DNA of 64,000 nt, from assembly GCA_963846685.1 (NCBI GenBank), contig CAWJWY010000002.1, positions 1,924,023 through 1,988,022 on the forward strand, in the 5' to 3' direction. The notes beneath the pieces were generated by a model that was given only the letters and a program-made list of their open reading frames with translations, was not told the origin of the DNA and made no database searches. Both the position numbers and the translations under genes were made by a program. This DNA comes from an uncultured Acidobacteriota bacterium. Its GTDB lineage: Bacteria > Acidobacteriota > Vicinamibacteria > Vicinamibacterales > UBA2999. Of the stretch, positions 59,761-64,000 are shown piece after piece; position 1 is the first letter of the stretch; every line of letters begins with the position of its first letter.

Positions 59761-60567
59761 CTACTTCTTCTTCTCCGCATAACCCGGTTCAGCCATGTCG
59801 CGATGCATCTCGGCCAGGACGCCCGAGGGCGTCACTGACGCGATCGCGGTCTGCAGCTTGTTCTGCCAGCCGCTGACGACGTCGCCATCCCCGCGAATCA
59901 TCGCGTCGAAGCCGGTGCGCGCCACGTCTGCCGGATCGTCCTTCTTGCCCTGCCCGACCTTGGTGTCGAGCATGTCGGCCCGCTCGAAAAACTCCGTCTC
60001 GGTTGCACCGGGCATCAGGCAGGTCACTGTGACGCCGCTGCCCTTGAGCTCGGCGCGCACGGCAAACGAGAACGAGTCGATGAACGCCTTCGTGCCGTTG
60101 TAGACCGCCTGGTAGGTGCCCGGCATGAAGCCGGCAATCGAGCCGGTCAACAGGATCCGCCCCTCGCCGCGTGCTCGCATGTCGCGGCCGACCTTCTGAA
60201 CCAGGTAGATCGTGCCGGTGATATTCGTGTCGATGACGTGGCGGACATCGCTGAAGTCCTGGTCGAGAAAACCCTTGCCGAGACCATGCCCGGCGTTGGC
60301 GAGCAGTGCGGCGACGGGCCGTCCAGCTATCGCCGCATACAGGCGATCAACCCCCGCCAGTTCGGCGAGATCGACTTCCACCGCCTCAACGGCGGCACCA
60401 AGGCCGCGGAACTGCTCCGCCGCGGTGTGGATCTTTGGCTGGTCTGCGGCGATGACCAGGTCGTAGCCCTCCGTCGCACAGATCTTCGCCAGCTCGTAGC
60501 CGATTCCGGCAGAGGCGCCCGTCACGACGGCGAGCGGCCGCCCGCCTGCCGAGTTCTTGTCAGTCAT
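59761..60567 (-). CDS. SDR-family short-chain dehydrogenase/reductase
   Basis: VVTGASAGIGYE cofactor motif, YxxxK (YNGTK) catalytic motif; start at Met 60567. Confidence 0.75.
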   Translation of the reverse strand: MTDKNSAGGRPLAVVTGASAGIGYELAKICATEGYDLVIAADQPKIHTAAEQFRGLGAAVEAVEVDLAELAGVDRLYAAIAGRPVAALLANAGHGLGKGFLDQDFSDVRHVIDTNITGTIYLVQKVGRDMRARGEGRILLTGSIAGFMPGTYQAVYNGTKAFIDSFSFAVRAELKGSGVTVTCLMPGATETEFFERADMLDTKVGQGKKDDPADVARTGFDAMIRGDGDVVSGWQNKLQTAIASVTPSGVLAEMHRDMAEPGYAEKKK

Positions 60568-60637
60568 TCGTTCTCCAGTGCGCAAGCCGCGCACCGGAGG
60601 CAACTGCAAGCGGGGTTCCGCGGATGACTGGCTGCGG

Positions 60638-61237
60638 TCAGGAATTGTGCAGCGCGTCGTAATCGGCGGGTGTGTCGACATCGATGATGCAGCCGGGATC
60701 GGCGACGTCGACGTTGAGCACCGCGTCGCCGCGCGCGTGCACGACGGCACGAGCCCCGCGATCGATCGGCGCATGCCGCAGCTCATCGAATACGACGCGG
60801 TCGAACAACACCGGATGTCCGAACCGCGCGCCGACCCGAGGACGGACGATGGGCGGCCGGCTCTGCCGCCAACTGCTGATCACCGAGCGGACAGTGGCAG
60901 GCGAGAGCATCGGCACGTCCACCAGGGTCATGACGATCGCTTCTGTCGCCGGCGTGATCGCCGCGTCCATGCCCGCCCACAACGACGAGAGCTGGCCGCG
61001 CTCGGGATCGGGGTTGCGAACGAAGCGCGGCAGTCGCGCCGGCGGATCCGATGCAACCGCCGCGCGGATCTCTTCGTCGCGACTACCCGTGACGACGACG
61101 ATGTCCTCGAGCCCGGCAGCCGCCATCGTGCCGACGATGCGCGCGATGAACGACCGCCCGTCACGGTCGTGCAGCAGTGCCTTCGGCGAACCCATCCGCG
61201 TCGATTCGCCTGCGGCCAGGATCAGCGTCGCGATCAC
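60638..61237 (-). CDS. MobA-like nucleotidyltransferase (NTP_transf_3 family; molybdenum-cofactor nucleotidyltransferase-like)
   Basis: LILAAGESTRMGSPKALL N-terminal signature. Confidence 0.6.
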   Translation of the reverse strand: MIATLILAAGESTRMGSPKALLHDRDGRSFIARIVGTMAAAGLEDIVVVTGSRDEEIRAAVASDPPARLPRFVRNPDPERGQLSSLWAGMDAAITPATEAIVMTLVDVPMLSPATVRSVISSWRQSRPPIVRPRVGARFGHPVLFDRVVFDELRHAPIDRGARAVVHARGDAVLNVDVADPGCIIDVDTPADYDALHNS

Positions 61238-61447
61238 AGTTCAATCGTAGCGCCGTCACGGGCGGCGCGTACCGCCGCGTCTGCGGCGAGTACCTCGCCT
61301 TGACTTCGCCGGGCGTACTTCCTACACTGGCCCGACTTTTGGCCGAGGCGCGGTGGCCGCTGCGGTTTGTCCGGCTCGAGTTCCGTTTGCCGGCGGTCAA
61401 GGGGCGCCTGGGATTGTCCCAGGCTTACGCGCATCGGAGGGATTCGT

Positions 61448-61654
61448 ATGCCAACCGGGACTATCGCACGTCTCCTCATCGACAAGGGATTCGGGTTCAT
61501 CCGTGACGAGGGGGGCATCGAACATTTCTTTCACCGCAGCGCGGTCAGGGGTGCCGTGTTCGAGTTGTTACGCGAAGGACAGCGCGTTGAGTTCTCGTCC
61601 GAGGACTCGACCAAGGGCCCCCGCGCCGGAGATGTTCGGCTGGTCGAAGGATAA
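61448..61654 (+). CDS. Cold-shock-domain protein (CspA family)
   Basis: GTIARLLIDKGFGFIRDEGG...FFHRSAV; GGAGGG SD before ATG 61448. Confidence 0.8.
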   Translation: MPTGTIARLLIDKGFGFIRDEGGIEHFFHRSAVRGAVFELLREGQRVEFSSEDSTKGPRAGDVRLVEG

Positions 61655-61713
61655 TCCCGGATACGTCGCCCGGCCCCGAGCGGGGCCGGGATGATACCCG
61701 CCACCCCCACTGC

Positions 61714-62352
61714 GTGTCGCTTTCCCCCCGCGGCGTCCGCCGCCTCTTGATCCTGCTCGTCGTAACGATGGCCGCCGGAGGTGTCTTCGCCTGCGCTGAA
61801 ATCGGCGACTTCATGGCGGCAGAGGACCAGCGCCTCGACAAGGCGGACGCGATTTTCGTCTTCGCCGGCACCCGGGTGGAACGGCCGCTCGAGGCGGCGG
61901 ATCTTTACCGCGCCGGCTACGCCCCCCGCGTCGTCGTCACCCGAGCCTCGGCCGAGCAGGGCACCGACGCGGCCGAGCGTCGCGGCCTGCCGGTCGCGTC
62001 AGACTTCGACCTGACGCGCGACATGCTGCTCGCTGCGGGGGTTCCGGCGGATGTCCTAATCGCCCCGCCGCGCATCCACGACAACACGGGGGACGAGATC
62101 GAAACGCTCTACGACCTCGCCGTGCGCAACCGGTGGAAGCGCGTGATCCTCGTGTCGTCGAAATACCACCTGCGCCGCATCCGGATGGCGGCGGGGCGGG
62201 CGATGCGCGACACCGACGTGCAGCTCATGTTGCGCGGCAGCCGCTACGATGCGGCAACGCCTGGCCGCTGGTGGCAGCGGCGCAGCGACATCCGGTGGAT
62301 CTCGTCCGAGCTGCCGAAGCTGGTGCTCTACGCCGTCGGCATAGGAACCTGA
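61714..62352 (+). CDS. YdcF/DUF218 (ElyC/SanA-like) family protein
   Basis: DAIFVFAGTRVERPLEAADLYRAGYAPRVVVT pattern of DUF218; N-terminal membrane anchor. Confidence 0.55.
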   Translation: MSLSPRGVRRLLILLVVTMAAGGVFACAEIGDFMAAEDQRLDKADAIFVFAGTRVERPLEAADLYRAGYAPRVVVTRASAEQGTDAAERRGLPVASDFDLTRDMLLAAGVPADVLIAPPRIHDNTGDEIETLYDLAVRNRWKRVILVSSKYHLRRIRMAAGRAMRDTDVQLMLRGSRYDAATPGRWWQRRSDIRWISSELPKLVLYAVGIGT

Positions 62353-62369
62353 AGACACCGGGGTCTGTC

Positions 62370-62573
62370 TCAATGGTCGGTGCGGATGTTTCCGGCGCGC
62401 GGCCCCTTCGCCGAGGGTTCCTCGTCGAAACTTACGCGCTCGCCTTCGTTGAGCTGGTCGAAGCTGCCCGCCTGAACCGAGCTGCGATGGAAGAACCACT
62501 CCTGCCCGCCGTCATCGCGAATAAACCCAAAGCCGCGATCCCGCACCAGCCGCTTAATCGTGCCGTTCGCCAC
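62370..62573 (-). CDS. Cold-shock-domain protein (CspA family), second copy
   Basis: MANGTIKRLVRDRGFGFIRDDGGQEWFFHRSSV. Confidence 0.8.
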   Translation of the reverse strand: MANGTIKRLVRDRGFGFIRDDGGQEWFFHRSSVQAGSFDQLNEGERVSFDEEPSAKGPRAGNIRTDH

Positions 62574-62660
62574 GTCGAGTCACCTCCAGGAGCCGCGCCC
62601 TCGCGGTCCCCAGGTGGGTACGATCAAATTTTGTTCCGGGTGGAGATGGGGTCAGGACCT

Positions 62661-63377
62661 TCAGGAGAACCAGCGGCGCCAGCCGTCGGATCGCTTGAGC
62701 GCACCGGTTGCCGGTTCGAGCGTGAGCACCTGCTCGCCCACCGCCGCGGCGAAGGTCCGGTCCGCAGTCACGATCACCGAGGCGATGCCGCGGGCGCCGA
62801 TGACGCGGGCGACGTCCGCCGCGAACGCCGGCGTATCGTCGGCTGACAGCGACGCCGTCGGATGTTCCGCAAGTAATACTCGAGGGTTGAGGGCGAGCGC
62901 ACGGCCGAGACGGAGACGCACGCGTGCGGCGGGCGTGATGGTTGCCGTCGGCTGCGACAGGTCGGCGACGCTCAGGCCAACTTCGTCAGCCAGGCGGCGA
63001 ACGTCGGCTTTGAGCTTCGGCCCCATGTCATCGATCTCGAGCGTGTAGGGAATCGCCAGGTTCTGCTCGACCGTGAACTGATCGACCAGCACGGAGCGTT
63101 CACCGATGAGGCCGAACCGGTCCAGGGTCTTGAGCCACTCCTCGCCATCGGTGATCGCGCTCGTCGGCTGCCCGAAGACCTGTACTTCGCCCGTGTCCGG
63201 GAGTGTCGCGCCGGTCATCAGGTTCACCAGCACTTCAGCCATGGCGGCATCGAAGCCGAGCAGGGCCACCGATTCCGCCGGCTTGACCTCGAGCAGCTGC
63301 ACCCGCAACGGGCGAAGGCCGCGGTAGTCCTTCGAGACACCCCGCACCGCGATCGCCAGCGGTGCCGCGTCAGGCAT
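62661..63377 (-). CDS. ABC-transporter ATPase-like protein with degenerate Walker A
   Basis: ABC fold features (Q-loop, signature-like LSADDTP, Walker B VLLAEHPT) but the P-loop is replaced by LLGFDAAMAEV. Confidence 0.4.
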   Translation of the reverse strand: MPDAAPLAIAVRGVSKDYRGLRPLRVQLLEVKPAESVALLGFDAAMAEVLVNLMTGATLPDTGEVQVFGQPTSAITDGEEWLKTLDRFGLIGERSVLVDQFTVEQNLAIPYTLEIDDMGPKLKADVRRLADEVGLSVADLSQPTATITPAARVRLRLGRALALNPRVLLAEHPTASLSADDTPAFAADVARVIGARGIASVIVTADRTFAAAVGEQVLTLEPATGALKRSDGWRRWFS

Positions 63378-64000
63378 ACCGCTCCCGGGCGGCACTCAGG
63401 CGTTCCCACTGCGGCCGCGGCAACGACGCGGATCCGGGCGACAGGCCGCGCGCCGGGTCGCCGTGAAAATCCGACCCGCCGGTCGTCAGCACAGCCAGCT
63501 GCCTGGCCATCTCGGCATAGCGCCGGACAGCACGGCCATCGTGGTCCGAATGGTGGACCTCAATCGCGTCGAGTCCGGCGTCAACGAGATCCGGAATGCG
63601 CAAGTCGATCTTCGTGCGCCCGGGGTGCGCGAGCGAGATCAGCCCGTGCGCCCGATGGACGACATCGATCACCTGTTCCGGCCCTGGCCCGGTCCTCGTC
63701 ACGTAGCCCGGCGCATGGTGGCCGAGAAACTTGTCGAACGCCTCGCGCATGTCGGCGACGTAACCGGCTGCGATCATCGCGCGGGCGATCTGCGGCCGGC
63801 CAATCGACCGCCCCGACGCTGCCGCGGCGGTGAGCAGGGCGCTGATGTCCACCGGCTTGCCGAGCGCCTGCAGCCGGGCGACGATCTCGACGGCGCGATC
63901 GAGCCGCGAGTCGCGCTGCCGCTCGAGGAACGCGGCGAGGCCGGTGTCGGCGGGATCGATGAAGTAGGCGAGCATGTGAATGTCAGCGCCACGCTCAATG
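63370..64000 (-). CDS. PHP-domain (polymerase/histidinol-phosphatase-like) protein, 5' end beyond window
   Basis: EVHHSDH, TGGSDFHG metal-binding motifs of PHP/TrpH-YciV family; the ORF continues to the window edge. Confidence 0.55.
   Translation of the reverse strand, partial: IERGADIHMLAYFIDPADTGLAAFLERQRDSRLDRAVEIVARLQALGKPVDISALLTAAAASGRSIGRPQIARAMIAAGYVADMREAFDKFLGHHAPGYVTRTGPGPEQVIDVVHRAHGLISLAHPGRTKIDLRIPDLVDAGLDAIEVHHSDHDGRAVRRYAEMARQLAVLTTGGSDFHGDPARGLSPGSASLPRPQWERLSAARERYA

Noticed and set aside
1-64000. CRISPR arrays
   Set aside because: No regularly spaced short direct repeats with unique spacers seen; the only arrays of repeats are the 355-bp tandem and the 15–16-bp GC-rich minisatellite units

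Overview
High-GC (~68%) bacterial chromosomal window. Gene content (CarboxypepD_reg-type TonB-dependent receptor, ECF sigma plus Ser/Thr kinase-TPR, SAM-cyclase-AAA-TPR regulator, glycine-rich RRM protein) suggests Acidobacteriota or Gemmatimonadota; this is inference only. Housekeeping and accessory genes: PP2C phosphatase (partial), PD40 beta-propeller protein, TonB-dependent receptor, nucleotide pyrophosphatase, ogt, beta-carbonic anhydrase, cytochrome c, RRM RNA-binding protein, response regulator, NamZ, LOG, SRPBCC, pyruvate kinase, ECF sigma with Ser/Thr kinase, STAND-like cyclase, amidase, alpha/beta hydrolase, M16 peptidase pair, Mrp/ApbC, AddAB-like helicase-nuclease pair, tRNA-Ala, YchF, SDR, cold-shock proteins. 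Highlights: (1) a family-1 encapsulin shell gene with an unusual ~105-aa C-terminal coiled-coil extension, co-oriented with a 663-aa flavin amine-oxidase-like protein, a polyprenyl diphosphate synthase and a hypothetical protein, next to a tri-domain DUF3237/truncated-hemoglobin fusion; (2) a ~355-bp tandemly duplicated, hairpin-rich element in the 1.2-kb intergenic region upstream of the encapsulin, plus a dispersed GC-rich short motif family that has also inserted in-frame into addA; (3) a ~6.9-kb integrated island at tRNA-Ala(GGC) with 17-bp direct repeats, a (frameshifted) large serine recombinase, a TcmP-Gp37/Gp68 (DUF5131) pair and a PadR-membrane protein pair; (4) a striking local cluster of frameshifts (four consecutive genes, 14.1-18.2 kb), with further isolated frameshifts elsewhere in genes that otherwise look functional.
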